A stretch of DNA of 64,000 nucleotides from Promethearchaeati archaeon SRVP18_Atabeyarchaeia-1 (GCA_037308085.1 CP147779.1:96001-160000); one strand, 5' to 3'; shown: positions 26,963 through 37,706, numbered from the stretch's first letter. Notes: generated by a model from the sequence alone, not told the origin. A program made the numbers and translations.

Positions 26963-28669
26963 ATGAGCAAAAAGAGTCCTTATGCTAGTAGACCATGGCT
27001 AAAGAACTATCCTAGTGGCATCAAACCGAATCTCGATTACCCGAACATACCTCTTTACGGACTTCTGGAGATAGCCGCCAAAGACTTCCCTAACAATGAT
27101 GCGACGGTCATGATGGGTAGGATCATGAAGTACAGCGAACTGAAGACGGCCGTTGACAAGATGGCGACTGCCTTTGCGGATCTTGGAATCAAGAAGGGAG
27201 ATACTGTCGCCATATACCAGCCTAACGTTGTGCAGTTTATCATCGGCTATCACGGAGCGCTCAAAGCGGGCGCCAAGGTGACTTGCTGCAGCGCACTACT
27301 TACGCCACCTGAGCTTGAATTCCAGCTCAATGATAGTGGCGCACAGGCAATAATAGTGTTCGACGATCGACCGCGGAAGGGAGGGCAATTTGATACAATT
27401 GCAGCCATCAGAGAGAAGACAAAACTGAAGACGATCATACTCACTGCTCTGAGGGACTTCTTGCCTGGAAAGCAATGGGTTCCGCCGGAGACACCCGGAT
27501 ACTTGCAGCTACTGAACCTTCTTTCCAAATATGAGCCGAACCCTCCAAAGGTAAACATTAATCCGAAGGAGGATATTGCCGTCCTTCAGTACACAGGTGG
27601 AACAACAGGAATTCCGAAGGGCGCGATGCTTACCCACATGAACCTGGTGGCAAATGCCGTTCAGTGTGCCGCATGGAACGCTGCATCGACAAGAGGTAAG
27701 GAGGTTCTTCTTATCAACCTGCCATTGTTCCATATCTACGGTCAGACAGTCTGCATGAACCACGGCATATACATGGCCTGCAAGCTGGTGCTAAACCCCG
27801 ACCCAAGAGACTTCCCGTCCCTATTCTCATTGATCAAGCAGTACAAGCCCTCTTTGTTCCCCGGGATTCCAACGCTCTACATGAGAATGCTGACTTATCA
27901 AGACATGCCCAAGTACGCGGATTCAATGAAGGCTATAAGATTCATGCAAAGCGGGGCTGCCCCTATGCCGCCGGAGACTATCAAGAGATTTGAGGATCTC
28001 ACTGGAGGAAAGATAGGTGAAGGGTATGGTCTTACTGAGTGTAGCCCTGTGACACATTCAAACCCTCTAATTGGCTTGAGAAAGATTGGTTCGGTGGGAA
28101 TGCCTTTCCCGGACACCGACTCCAAGATCATGGACATGGAGACGGACAGCAAGGAAGTTGCACTTGGTGAGGTTGGCGAGTTGGCGATTAAGGGACCACA
28201 GACCATGAAGGGATACTGGAATAAGCCAAACGAGACAGCCAAGCAGCTCAAGAACGAACTTGCTGGCGAGAAGGGACCCTGGGTACTGACTGGAGACTTG
28301 GCAAAGATGGATGAGCAGGGATACTTCTACATTGTTGATAGGAAGAAGGATATGATCGATGTGAGTGGTTTCAAAGTCTACCCGCGTGAAGTTGATGATG
28401 TCCTGTTCGAGTATCCGTCTGTGGCGATGGCAGCGACGGTAGGTGTTCCCGATCCATCTGTTCCAGGAAACGAGAGAGTCAAGGCTTTCGTTGTCTTAAA
28501 GCCAGGCGTTGCGGAGACTGAAGAACTCAAGGAGCAGATAAGGGAATACTGCAAGAAGAAATTGGCACCTTACAAAGTGCCTAAGTTCATAGAGTTCCGA
28601 AAGGAACTGCCAATGACGCTGGTAGGCAAGGTGCTGAAAAGAAAAATACGTGAGGACGAAACAAAGTAA
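26963..28669 (+). CDS. Long-chain fatty acid-CoA ligase family (paralog 1)
   Basis: YTGGTTGIPKG, EGYGLTE, TGD, DRKKDMI, GKVLKR. Confidence 0.93.
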   Translation: MSKKSPYASRPWLKNYPSGIKPNLDYPNIPLYGLLEIAAKDFPNNDATVMMGRIMKYSELKTAVDKMATAFADLGIKKGDTVAIYQPNVVQFIIGYHGALKAGAKVTCCSALLTPPELEFQLNDSGAQAIIVFDDRPRKGGQFDTIAAIREKTKLKTIILTALRDFLPGKQWVPPETPGYLQLLNLLSKYEPNPPKVNINPKEDIAVLQYTGGTTGIPKGAMLTHMNLVANAVQCAAWNAASTRGKEVLLINLPLFHIYGQTVCMNHGIYMACKLVLNPDPRDFPSLFSLIKQYKPSLFPGIPTLYMRMLTYQDMPKYADSMKAIRFMQSGAAPMPPETIKRFEDLTGGKIGEGYGLTECSPVTHSNPLIGLRKIGSVGMPFPDTDSKIMDMETDSKEVALGEVGELAIKGPQTMKGYWNKPNETAKQLKNELAGEKGPWVLTGDLAKMDEQGYFYIVDRKKDMIDVSGFKVYPREVDDVLFEYPSVAMAATVGVPDPSVPGNERVKAFVVLKPGVAETEELKEQIREYCKKKLAPYKVPKFIEFRKELPMTLVGKVLKRKIREDETK

Positions 28670-28750
28670 GAGTGAGAATGGAAACGCAAGACTTGCTCTG
28701 CGGTTCATAGATAAGATGCACAGAAGAACACGAACTTCTCCGCATCTTTC

Positions 28751-29371
28751 TCATTTTTGCTTAGTAATCAGCAACTCAAATGCCTGCAAGACATTCTTCC
28801 CGTCTTTAGCGCTTGTTTCCACGTACTGCATGGGTTTCCGCAGTTTCACTGATACCATGTCTGCAAAAGCGCCAATGTCAGAGGGGCTTATGCTTCTCTT
28901 TAAGTCAGCCTTGCATCCTACGAGAGCATAGGTTTCCGGCGGAGACTTGCTATTCAGTCGGGGAACGACAAGGCTGTCTACAATTTCATTCAATTCGTTT
29001 TGGGACTCTTTTCGGCTTAGATCCAAGGTTAGCATGCACTTCACTGGGACAGATTTCGTTGGAGGAAACATAGTCTTCTGAACCAGCCGATACTCAGGGC
29101 TTCCCGCGTACTCACAGGTTACAACTTGAACCGTCTTGCCACTCACAGATATGCTTTTGCTCTGATAATCCAGAAATCGCTTCATAGTTGTAGTTGCTTC
29201 CCAGACACCTCGAACGAACCTGTTAATGAGTGCTGTTTTGCCGCTGTCTTTTCCTCCAAGAACAGCAATAACAGTATATTCCCTCGCCTTGCCTTCTTTC
29301 AGCCCAGCCAGTACTTGGCCTATTTCCCTCAATGCGCCAAGGCCAATATCGCCCCCGCTCGATGCACCCAT
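28751..29371 (-). CDS. Ras/Rab-like small GTPase with divergent G3
   Basis: G1 GGKDSGKT, G3 EYAGSP, G4 CKAD, G5 ETSAK. Confidence 0.85.
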   Translation of the reverse strand: MGASSGGDIGLGALREIGQVLAGLKEGKAREYTVIAVLGGKDSGKTALINRFVRGVWEATTTMKRFLDYQSKSISVSGKTVQVVTCEYAGSPEYRLVQKTMFPPTKSVPVKCMLTLDLSRKESQNELNEIVDSLVVPRLNSKSPPETYALVGCKADLKRSISPSDIGAFADMVSVKLRKPMQYVETSAKDGKNVLQAFELLITKQK

Positions 29372-29617
29372 TTTCCGACCTCATCTCCGAGGAGCCATTG
29401 TGGCAGTTTCCACTAGTTAACAACAGTTGAGGCTTGTTATATGGTTTTAGCTTTGATCGGGTCTGCGGATTTTGGAAACAAACCCCCAGACATGCGCATA
29501 ATGTTCCCCTTGTGGGCCCTTAAGCCTATTAGATTATTCAATTAATCTATTCGAAATATTAATATGCCTGCTCGAGCAACATCTCGCCCTAGGATGCTTT
29601 TGCAGTCGGGTGAGAAC

Positions 29618-29965
29618 ATGACAGTATTTACCGTGGTGCTGATGGAGGCGCCCTATGGGAGAGAGAGAGCATATACCGCCCTCAGATTCGCGCTGACGGC
29701 GGCGCTTGAAGGTCACAAAGTGAGACTATTCCTGGTCCAAGATGGAGTCTTCGTGGCAAAGAAGGGGCAATCCCCGGACCAATTCCCAAACATGGCTGGC
29801 TTGCTTGAGGATGCCCTAAAAGAGGGGGTTGAGGTCAAGACCTGCACCCCATGCTGCAAAGCGAGGGCTGTGACAGCCACAGACGTCCTTAAGGGCGTCA
29901 GCATGGCGACAATGAGCGACTTGGTAAAGTGGTGCACTGAAAGCGACAAGGTCGTAACTTTCTAG
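29618..29965 (+). CDS. DsrE family sulfur relay protein
   Basis: APYGRERAY.ALR, FLVQDGV, CxxC.KAR. Confidence 0.9.
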   Translation: MTVFTVVLMEAPYGRERAYTALRFALTAALEGHKVRLFLVQDGVFVAKKGQSPDQFPNMAGLLEDALKEGVEVKTCTPCCKARAVTATDVLKGVSMATMSDLVKWCTESDKVVTF

Positions 29966-29977
29966 CCGCCTCGCAGT

Positions 29978-31186
29978 CTAGAGGCACTCGTTGTTGCGCC
30001 GGCGCAATACAGTTGTAGCAACCATGACAACTATTGCAGATACAAGCATTAAGACCGGCGCGAGGAAAAACAGGTACGAGTAGTCATTCGTTGCTTGCAG
30101 AATCAAGGCAAACGAGATCGGTCCGACAAGCGTTCCGATGTCAAGCCCCATTGTGTAAACGCTAGCCAGAAGCCCTCTGTTTCTTGCCGGGCACTTCATG
30201 AGGGCCAGTGTCTGGGACCCGGGAACATAGGTTCCGATGCCGATTCCGTAGATCGGTGCCGCAATATAGAAGTAGGGCGGAAAGCGAGTCAAAAAGACTA
30301 TCATCAAGGCCAGCGACATTGTGAGTAAGCCTGCGTAAGCCATCATGGCTGGGCGCTTGTCAGCCGCTTTCCCAGCCACAACCCTCAGGGCGAGGCTGAA
30401 CACGGCTTGGATTGCCACCCATATTGTTATCTCATAGATCTGGTAGTGTGCATCGCTCAGATAGATCACGAGAAAAGTGTAGAGGCCCATCCAGGCCAGC
30501 GCATATATTATCAACGCAATGAAGGCGATTATGAAATTCCCTTCTTTGAGGCCAGCAATCGACGAACCTTCGCGACTTGGTTTGCGGTCAGCCCCTTTGA
30601 AGATGACGAGCGGGATCAGCGAGATGAGTAGGAAGGACGAAATCATGAAGGTCGCCCGGAAGCCTAGGACATACGCCAAGGGACCGCCGACTGATGGACC
30701 CACTAGGAAACCTATACCAATCATCAGACTCCGCCATCCAAGGGTCTCTCCCAGTTTCCCCTCCGGTGCCTGGTCGACTGCGCTTGCTATTGAAGATGGA
30801 ACGAATGCGGCGACCCCAGTGCCCTCTATCAGCCTGGCAATCGTTACGTGAAGCATGTCCCCTGCATAGAACAGGTTGAAATAAGCGAAAGAGGCAAGAA
30901 GTAATCCGAGTATCATCAGACCCGATCTCGACCATCTGTCACTGGCGATACCTGAGAGTGGCCTAAGCAGAATGGCAGTAATCGATATGCTGCCCACTGC
31001 AATGCCTATCAGCACTTCGTCGCCCGTAATCGTCTTGGCATACCATGGGATCAGGGGAACCACGAGCTGGACAAGTGTGAAGAAGAGCATGGTCGCAATG
31101 TTTACTCGCCATATCAGTGACACCATCCTGATCACCAGCAACTGGCCAAGGCTGAGCCGATATCCAACCTTCCATTTCCAAATCAT
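29978..31186 (-). CDS. MFS transporter
   Basis: ~12 TM helices, GIASDRWSR motif A. Confidence 0.9.
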   Translation of the reverse strand: MIWKWKVGYRLSLGQLLVIRMVSLIWRVNIATMLFFTLVQLVVPLIPWYAKTITGDEVLIGIAVGSISITAILLRPLSGIASDRWSRSGLMILGLLLASFAYFNLFYAGDMLHVTIARLIEGTGVAAFVPSSIASAVDQAPEGKLGETLGWRSLMIGIGFLVGPSVGGPLAYVLGFRATFMISSFLLISLIPLVIFKGADRKPSREGSSIAGLKEGNFIIAFIALIIYALAWMGLYTFLVIYLSDAHYQIYEITIWVAIQAVFSLALRVVAGKAADKRPAMMAYAGLLTMSLALMIVFLTRFPPYFYIAAPIYGIGIGTYVPGSQTLALMKCPARNRGLLASVYTMGLDIGTLVGPISFALILQATNDYSYLFFLAPVLMLVSAIVVMVATTVLRRRNNECL

Positions 31187-31688
31187 GGCTACACTTTTCC
31201 GCGGTCGCTACTGGGCGCCGATTCCTTCGACCCGACATGAGAACCATTTGAACCCAATTATCTCTGTGACAGTCGTCTTTCTGCTAATGGTCTTTGGGAC
31301 GTATTTATATCTCTCCCTCTGAGAGCATCCGTTGATCCTGTTATTGGCTAAGCTGCTTTTTATCAATCCCAGCTGGCGCCTTGTTCTGTTGAGTGGCTTT
31401 TCGGTCCAGGCTGAACTTGCCTGTTCTCGATGCGTTTGTGGTCGTGGCGATCGTTGTCCCAGGAGAGACCATCGTCGTATTTCAAAGTCCTGCTACTTAC
31501 AGATTCACCGCGGTTCGCGCGCCGAGCATCTGGTTTACGGTTTCATATCTTCAGCCTTTCCGAGTCGGGCTGCAGACTTCGATTTCCTCACAAGTATTGT
31601 TGCCCCGGCGATGCGGAAGGTGCTCAGCGGATCATTGTTACCTTGATCTCTGCTTCACACCTGGCGGGGAAGCCGTTGAAGAAGTTGG

Positions 31689-32195
31689 CTAACCTTCCTT
31701 CAACTTCTCCTTCAAGAATTTCCTCCTCTGAGGTTTGCCCATTTTCTCAATTTCGGCTTTGTATTTCTTGTTTATCATTTCTACCCTGCAGTAGTCGTAT
31801 AGCGCATCATATACTGAGGAGGCTTTCTCAATTGCCTCAAAATCGTCTCTTGAAGCGGCAGATATTCCAGTCATCATCGCGTCTAGACCAGCGGCCTGAG
31901 GTGAAAGCTCTGGACTGCCTGTATCAGCGGCCCGGACTATCTCTGCCAATCCGAGCAGAGCGCTGTCCTTGATGCCGTATTTCTCTATTATCGCGTCGAA
32001 GCTGCACTTGTCGCCATGGTGCCCAAGCTCAACGTTTGGGGCGTCATACGGTATTGCTTTTTCCTTCTTGACGACGTCTTCTATTCTGTCTACCGGAACG
32101 AAGAGGAATTTCGCCTCTTTATCCACAAACCGCTTTATTAGCCAAGGGCACGCGGTCCTATCAACGTGTACATACTCCCGTGTTACCCATTTCAT
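31689..32195 (-). CDS. ChrB C-terminal-domain (chromate resistance) protein
   Basis: MKWVTR..HVDRTACPWLIKRFVD, HHGDKCSFD. Confidence 0.9.
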   Translation of the reverse strand: MKWVTREYVHVDRTACPWLIKRFVDKEAKFLFVPVDRIEDVVKKEKAIPYDAPNVELGHHGDKCSFDAIIEKYGIKDSALLGLAEIVRAADTGSPELSPQAAGLDAMMTGISAASRDDFEAIEKASSVYDALYDYCRVEMINKKYKAEIEKMGKPQRRKFLKEKLKEG

Positions 32196-32376
32196 GAGAC
32201 CCACCCGTTTTGGTTCGTCGCTAGCCCCGAAGATGCTCAGCATACACTTGAGCCTTGCCCTGCACAATTCGATCTCCCCAGTTTCTCCAATAATCGCAAG
32301 GAAAGCGCTGCTCGTCCCCCTTGGAGGGTTATGGAGTGGAAATCGCAGGACATCATCCAGATATGCGTTCGGTTTC

Positions 32377-33666
32377 TCAGGACAGGTATTCCAGCGCAAT
32401 CAGGGCGTACGCCTTTGAGCACAAGGTGAGATCTTTCCTAATTACGTATTCGTTCGCCGAGTGGGCTGTCTCAGAGGTGGGCCCCAGAACCACGGTTGGA
32501 ATGCCTAGCTTGTTTCTGATGAATCTTGCGTCTGTCCCTCCAGGCTGGATCATGATGTGTGGTTCTTTTCCCCATGCATCAAATAGGCATTTCTTCACTA
32601 GCCCAACTAAGGGTGTGCCTGGATCTTGATAGGACGGCTCAACGTTTTCGAGAGACTCAACTGTGACACCTTTAATATCCGATTCTCCGATGACTTTCTG
32701 TATTCTTGCCAAGGTTTCCTGTAGGTCGCCCAGCGGTGGTACTCTTACATCAATCTCAGCGATTGCCTCATCTGGAACGACATTCGATTTAATGCCACCC
32801 TTTATCATTCCCGGGCTGAAGGTTAACCGCGTGTAGAGGCGCTGAATCTGCTCGAGGTTTAGCCCGAGTATCTTATTGAACATCGAGTAGAATGGCTTTC
32901 CAGTGTTGAACAGAGTGCTCAGTCTCTGATCGATTTCTATTGCGCTTTGGCTCAGCTCCTCTATCCTTGGTATTATTCTGACTAGTTTGTCAATGGCGTT
33001 TTCCCCTAGGAATGGCATGCTTGCATGCGCTGACCTGCCGGACGCTTTCACCTTGAGTGTCAGGATTCCTTTCTCGGCCACTGCAAATGCTGGCCCCCAC
33101 AATTGGTTGCAGGTTCCTTCACCAACTATGCATGCATCGACGTTCGAGTAGTAGCCCTTCTCGACGAGGAATCCTGTTCCGTATTTCCCCATCGTCTCTT
33201 CGTCAGGAACAAAGTGGAATGTGAGGTTGCCGTTGAGCTCGATATTTTTTTCGACAATCACGGAAGCTGCTTCAAGAGCTGATGCTATTGAGCCCTTCAT
33301 GTCAGCGGCTCCCCTTCCAACTAGCATCGAGCCTTTCAAGGTGCCCTTGTAAGGGTCGCTTTTCCACTCTTCTATTCTTCCCGGGGGAACCACGTCCAAG
33401 TGCCCATTCCAGACGAATGTCTTGGTGCTCGCTCCACCTCGCAGTGAGGCTATAACGTTTACGCGACCCTTGTCGGGCGCAACTGTCTCGACCTTGAAGC
33501 CTTTGCCCAGAAGGTAGTCTTTGACGAATCCAGCTATTTCGCTGACGTCCCCGGGAGGGTTGACGCTTCTGAACCCAATGAGGTCGCAACATAGTTTGAC
33601 TATCTCATCTTCCCGAGCACCTATCTCGTTCAAGACATCTTTGTAGTCGTTCAAAATGGACACCAC
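32377..33666 (-). CDS. M20 (ArgE/DapE) metallopeptidase/deacylase
   Basis: NGHLDVV, GRGAADMKG, DEE, GGTD, AHSANE. Confidence 0.92.
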   Translation of the reverse strand: MVSILNDYKDVLNEIGAREDEIVKLCCDLIGFRSVNPPGDVSEIAGFVKDYLLGKGFKVETVAPDKGRVNVIASLRGGASTKTFVWNGHLDVVPPGRIEEWKSDPYKGTLKGSMLVGRGAADMKGSIASALEAASVIVEKNIELNGNLTFHFVPDEETMGKYGTGFLVEKGYYSNVDACIVGEGTCNQLWGPAFAVAEKGILTLKVKASGRSAHASMPFLGENAIDKLVRIIPRIEELSQSAIEIDQRLSTLFNTGKPFYSMFNKILGLNLEQIQRLYTRLTFSPGMIKGGIKSNVVPDEAIAEIDVRVPPLGDLQETLARIQKVIGESDIKGVTVESLENVEPSYQDPGTPLVGLVKKCLFDAWGKEPHIMIQPGGTDARFIRNKLGIPTVVLGPTSETAHSANEYVIRKDLTLCSKAYALIALEYLS

Positions 33667-33686
33667 CGCAGTTTATGAGTGTTGAT

Positions 33687-34745
33687 TCATAATTGGCTAA
33701 GTAGTTCCCTCAGATATATCTTGTATCTTCCCAGTTTTCCTCCGTAGTTTCCGGCGGAGATCTTGATGACGCCATCCATCTCGTGGACGCTCTTCATTCC
33801 CTTTTTGAGGGCTTTCTTCACGGCATCCAAGGAGACTCCGTCGACCACGATTTCTGGGATTGATTTCACACCGATAGGCACTTTCGTCCTATTCTTGAGC
33901 TTATCCCGTAGAGTTGAGCAGTAGAGATAGTTTGTCGGAGGACCGATTGGCGGGTAATCTTCTGCAGCTGAACCTGAAGGGCAGACGTAGAATGGTGTAA
34001 TTACACCCTCAACTTGCTTTATTGCTTCCAATACTTTTCTGCCAGCTTTTCGACCTGTCTCCACGCTGTCACAGAGCAGCCACAGGTTGCCGCCCGAGAC
34101 GCCGATGCCACATCTTAGGTATCGATCCGTCTTGAAGTCATAGCCCATCATCAGGGGAACGTTGATCGTCTCTCTGCCGTTCTCAGAGGAGAACCATTCA
34201 TAGCCTCCGCCACATTTACCTATCCGCTCTTCAGTATCTATGGCAAGATTGCCCTCGCTTGTCTCCCCTCCTGGATGGGGTAAAGCGAATACTCTGGTTG
34301 TGCTGACTGAGAGAACGTCTTGGCGAATTCTGATGGACATCTCCTTATAGAACCTCTCCAATTGCCTTGGGATGTCTTCGTTTTCATCGAATCTTCCCCA
34401 AAGCTGAACTACCACTCCTTCACGGTTGTCTGGAGTTTGCTTTCTCGTCAGCCATCTCTCTATCCCGCCCTCGATTCTTCCAACGACAACCGAAGGAGTT
34501 GCTGTGCACCTATATGCCGCTAATCGCAACTCGTCGTATTCTATCCCGGGGTTACTCCTATCGCTTGCCTTCAGACCCCTTTCACCGGTGATTAATAGCC
34601 GCACGTACAACCCAGAAAAAGCTTCTGCAAAAGTATCTTCAACATTCTCGTATCCTCCCTTCTCAGCGGGCACTTGGAAGATCTTCCTCCGGATTTTGGG
34701 CATGGCTGGACCAATAGTCTGGCGTATTTGGCCTGGGTTTGGCAA
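33687..34745 (-). CDS. Formylmethanofuran:H4MPT formyltransferase-like protein (Ftr paralog)
   Basis: VEDTFAEAF, EGGIE..TPD.R.G, RIRQ.VL...TT.VF, GVSGGNL, EIVVDG, ISAGNYGGKLG; TATPSVVVGRIEGG instead of canonical TSVIxCxxEAG; alternative start 34703. Confidence 0.9.
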   Translation of the reverse strand: MPNPGQIRQTIGPAMPKIRRKIFQVPAEKGGYENVEDTFAEAFSGLYVRLLITGERGLKASDRSNPGIEYDELRLAAYRCTATPSVVVGRIEGGIERWLTRKQTPDNREGVVVQLWGRFDENEDIPRQLERFYKEMSIRIRQDVLSVSTTRVFALPHPGGETSEGNLAIDTEERIGKCGGGYEWFSSENGRETINVPLMMGYDFKTDRYLRCGIGVSGGNLWLLCDSVETGRKAGRKVLEAIKQVEGVITPFYVCPSGSAAEDYPPIGPPTNYLYCSTLRDKLKNRTKVPIGVKSIPEIVVDGVSLDAVKKALKKGMKSVHEMDGVIKISAGNYGGKLGRYKIYLRELLSQL

Positions 34746-34758
34746 GAAGCGTCAGGGA

Positions 34759-36165
34759 TCAGGGACGATCCTCTAGCTTAGGGTATGTCTTCCATTTTGA
34801 CTGTACCTTCTTGATCATTTCCTGCGTATTCCTCCCTATGTCGCTCCTGTGCCTTAGGGCACCCTTTACATATCGGGTGGCGCCTTCCGCAATACTCTCA
34901 GCCTCTTCAAGAGACTCGGATATTCCGAGGACTGCCAAGGCTCTGGACTTCGTTGTAAGAATACCTTCATCACTCATGTTTACACTTGCCCAATAGTACC
35001 TCGCACCTGTATTCCTCATCCCTTCCTGATCCACCTCGACTCGTTGATTCTCTTTCGGATTCTCTGGATAGCCTTCAGGGACAAGGTACTTGCACACGGT
35101 TGCCCTATTGGCGAACCTCAGCTTCTTGGCACTCAGTGTTTCGTCGACCATGCTCCAATAGATTTCGATTGGATCATCATTTTCGAGTATCGGCAATATA
35201 TTGATAGCTTCTGAGTCACCGAGTCGCACGTTCGCTTCGGTGAGTATTGTTGTTGGTCTCCGCTTAGCCGGGCTTATCCCTTTCATCATCTGAGCGTATA
35301 GAAATCCGTGGTATCGCTCTCCAGTTTCCTTTGCTAGCGCAGAAGTGATGTTCAGTACCATCTGGGCAGTTTCTTCATACTCTCTTCTTGAGAAAAATGG
35401 CATAAGCTGGTCGCTTTGACTGTAGCTACCCATGCCGCCTGTGTTTGGACCTTCGTTGTCTTCGTAGGCTCGTTTATAATCTTGCACACATGGTGCCGGT
35501 ACGACGCTCTTGCCATCGGTGAATGTCTGTATGGTTACTTCAAGTGGGTACAGTATTTTCTCCTCGATTACTACTGATTGGAGTCCTCCTGGCTTGTCTT
35601 TCAGTATGGACTCGACATATTCCTTTGTTTCGTCGGAGTCCGTGAGTTGTTCGCCCGTAAGTTTCACTCCTTTTCCCCCTGTCAGCCCCGAAGGTTTTAT
35701 TGCCAGAGGGATCCCCTTCTTATTCATTTCTTCAATGTAACTGAAAGCTTCAACCGGGCTCGTGAATGAACGGTACTCTGGATAATACAGGATGTTGTGT
35801 TTCCTCATTAGGTCTCTGCAGTAGCTCTTATCTCCTTCTATCATTGCACATGCTTTGACCGGACCGACGCACGGGATCTTGTTTCTTGCCAAAGCGTCGG
35901 CCACGCCAGATACCAAGGGATCCTCGGGTCCGATAACCGCTATGTCGATTCGCTTCTCCACGGCATAGTCAGCGACTACCTGTGGGCTGCTGGTTGCACC
36001 CTTTGCCCCGATCCTGTAGTTTCCTTTGCTGCCACAGAGTTTTGCGATGCTCGGGTTCAACTTGTCGGAAATAACGTAAAGTATTGTTGAAGGACTTGTC
36101 GTTACGCTTTCAGCAATTGCCGCCTCTCTTCCTCCAGATCCGACTAGCAGTACCTTTGTCGCCAA
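34759..36165 (-). CDS. purD: Phosphoribosylamine-glycine ligase
   Basis: VLLVGSGGRE, IGPEDPL, GKGV, QDYKR...GPNTGGMG, HRSDIG. Confidence 0.95.
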   Translation of the reverse strand: MATKVLLVGSGGREAAIAESVTTSPSTILYVISDKLNPSIAKLCGSKGNYRIGAKGATSSPQVVADYAVEKRIDIAVIGPEDPLVSGVADALARNKIPCVGPVKACAMIEGDKSYCRDLMRKHNILYYPEYRSFTSPVEAFSYIEEMNKKGIPLAIKPSGLTGGKGVKLTGEQLTDSDETKEYVESILKDKPGGLQSVVIEEKILYPLEVTIQTFTDGKSVVPAPCVQDYKRAYEDNEGPNTGGMGSYSQSDQLMPFFSRREYEETAQMVLNITSALAKETGERYHGFLYAQMMKGISPAKRRPTTILTEANVRLGDSEAINILPILENDDPIEIYWSMVDETLSAKKLRFANRATVCKYLVPEGYPENPKENQRVEVDQEGMRNTGARYYWASVNMSDEGILTTKSRALAVLGISESLEEAESIAEGATRYVKGALRHRSDIGRNTQEMIKKVQSKWKTYPKLEDRP

Positions 36166-36262
36166 TATCCCTCACCCTCAACTTGCCGCTGTTGCACGCA
36201 TCTTCTGAATTCGCGCGCCGCTCAGCAGACTGAAGCGATAGTATTTTTCTGGCTCGGGCAAT

Positions 36263-37702
36263 TCATTGCGCTCTGCTTCCAAGGGTGGCCTCAAGCAGCT
36301 CCATTTGAGGAGGAGCATTCAAAGGATACTCTCCCGTAAGGCATGCCATGCAGAGTTGGTTATGTGGCAAGCCTATGCTCCTCACAAGTCCATCTATATT
36401 CATGTACCCCAGCGTGTCAGCGCCTACATCTCTCCTGATTTCCTCAATAGTCTTCATGGATGCAATCAGTTCCCGCCTCGTGGGGAAATCTATCCCCATG
36501 TAGCATGAGGAAATGATCGGGGGGCAACTGATTCTTAGATGGACTTTTCTTGCGCCACCGACAGTCTTGAGCAGGTTCACAATAAACTTAGATGTCGTTG
36601 ATCTTACGATGCTGTCATCTATGACTACTATCTCCTTTCCCGCAGTCACAGATCTAATTGGATTTAGCTTTAACCTTACGAGAAGCTCACGATCCTCTGC
36701 CTTGGGAGTAATGAATATCCTGCCGACATAGCGATTCTTCATTAGGCCTTCGGCGAGTGGTATCCCAGACTCTTCAGAGAAACCAGCAGCAGCCGCTCTC
36801 CCCGAGTCCGGAACTGGTATCACATAGTCAGCTTTCACAGGGTGAAGTTTCCAGAGGAATCTGCCCAGTCTCTTCCTTACTTCCCAGACAGCCTTTCCAT
36901 CTATGACGGAGTCTGGGCGGCTAAAGTAGACAAACTCAAACATGCAAAGTGCTTTACGCTGAACGCTGACGGCACGTTCTCGCTCAAACCCTGTTTCGTC
37001 AACCCTAATGATCTCACCAGGGTGTACGTCGCCTATTGTCTTGCCTCCTACTGCCTCCACAGCTGGAGACTCAGAGGCAATCACGTGTGCGTATTGGTTT
37101 ATTGAGCCTAGGCAGAGCGGTTTGAAGCCTCTTGGATCCCTCATGGCGCATAGTTCTCCTTTGTTGCTAAGGAGAATCATTGAGTAAGATCCATCGAGGA
37201 TGCTCATACTCCCTTTGAGTGCTTCGAGGTAGCTTCCTGTCTCTTTTACCTTCGAGGCAATCAACCGAGCAAGTACTTCAGTGTCTGTATCTGTCTTGAA
37301 AGCCTCGCCCTCAGCCTTGAGGGACTCTCTAAGTTGCATGAAATTGCTTATTGTTCCATTGAAAGCCAAAGCAAAATTGGCGTGTGGGGACTGTAGCAGA
37401 AATGGCTGGGCATTGGCGACATTGCTCTCTGAGGTTGTGCTATATCTCACATGACCAATTGAGGCGTTCCCCCCGAGGCTGTCAAGTATCGTCTTGTTGA
37501 ACACTTGTGTAGCAAGTCCCATTCCCTTGTAACCAGTGAGCTCCCCGTGTGATAGATCCTTGAACGTGTAGATGCCGGCGCTTTCTTGGCCCCGATGCTG
37601 CAGAGAGACAAGACCGTTGTAGGTATGGTGGGGAACTGCCTCAGGGTACTTCCTTGAATAGATTCCGAAGACCCCGCAAGACTCCCTAGCCTTCTCGCCC
37701 AC
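36263..37702 (-). CDS. purF: Amidophosphoribosyltransferase
   Basis: ESCGVFG, QHRGQE, GHVRYST, DDSIVR, CMAC. Confidence 0.97.
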   Translation of the reverse strand: MGEKARESCGVFGIYSRKYPEAVPHHTYNGLVSLQHRGQESAGIYTFKDLSHGELTGYKGMGLATQVFNKTILDSLGGNASIGHVRYSTTSESNVANAQPFLLQSPHANFALAFNGTISNFMQLRESLKAEGEAFKTDTDTEVLARLIASKVKETGSYLEALKGSMSILDGSYSMILLSNKGELCAMRDPRGFKPLCLGSINQYAHVIASESPAVEAVGGKTIGDVHPGEIIRVDETGFERERAVSVQRKALCMFEFVYFSRPDSVIDGKAVWEVRKRLGRFLWKLHPVKADYVIPVPDSGRAAAAGFSEESGIPLAEGLMKNRYVGRIFITPKAEDRELLVRLKLNPIRSVTAGKEIVVIDDSIVRSTTSKFIVNLLKTVGGARKVHLRISCPPIISSCYMGIDFPTRRELIASMKTIEEIRRDVGADTLGYMNIDGLVRSIGLPHNQLCMACLTGEYPLNAPPQMELLEATLGSRAQ

Positions 37703-37706
37703 CCGC

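Noticed and set aside
31332-31972. Plus-strand ORFs between the MFS and ChrB genes
   Set aside because: No motifs or convincing RBS, and partly antisense to the ChrB gene.
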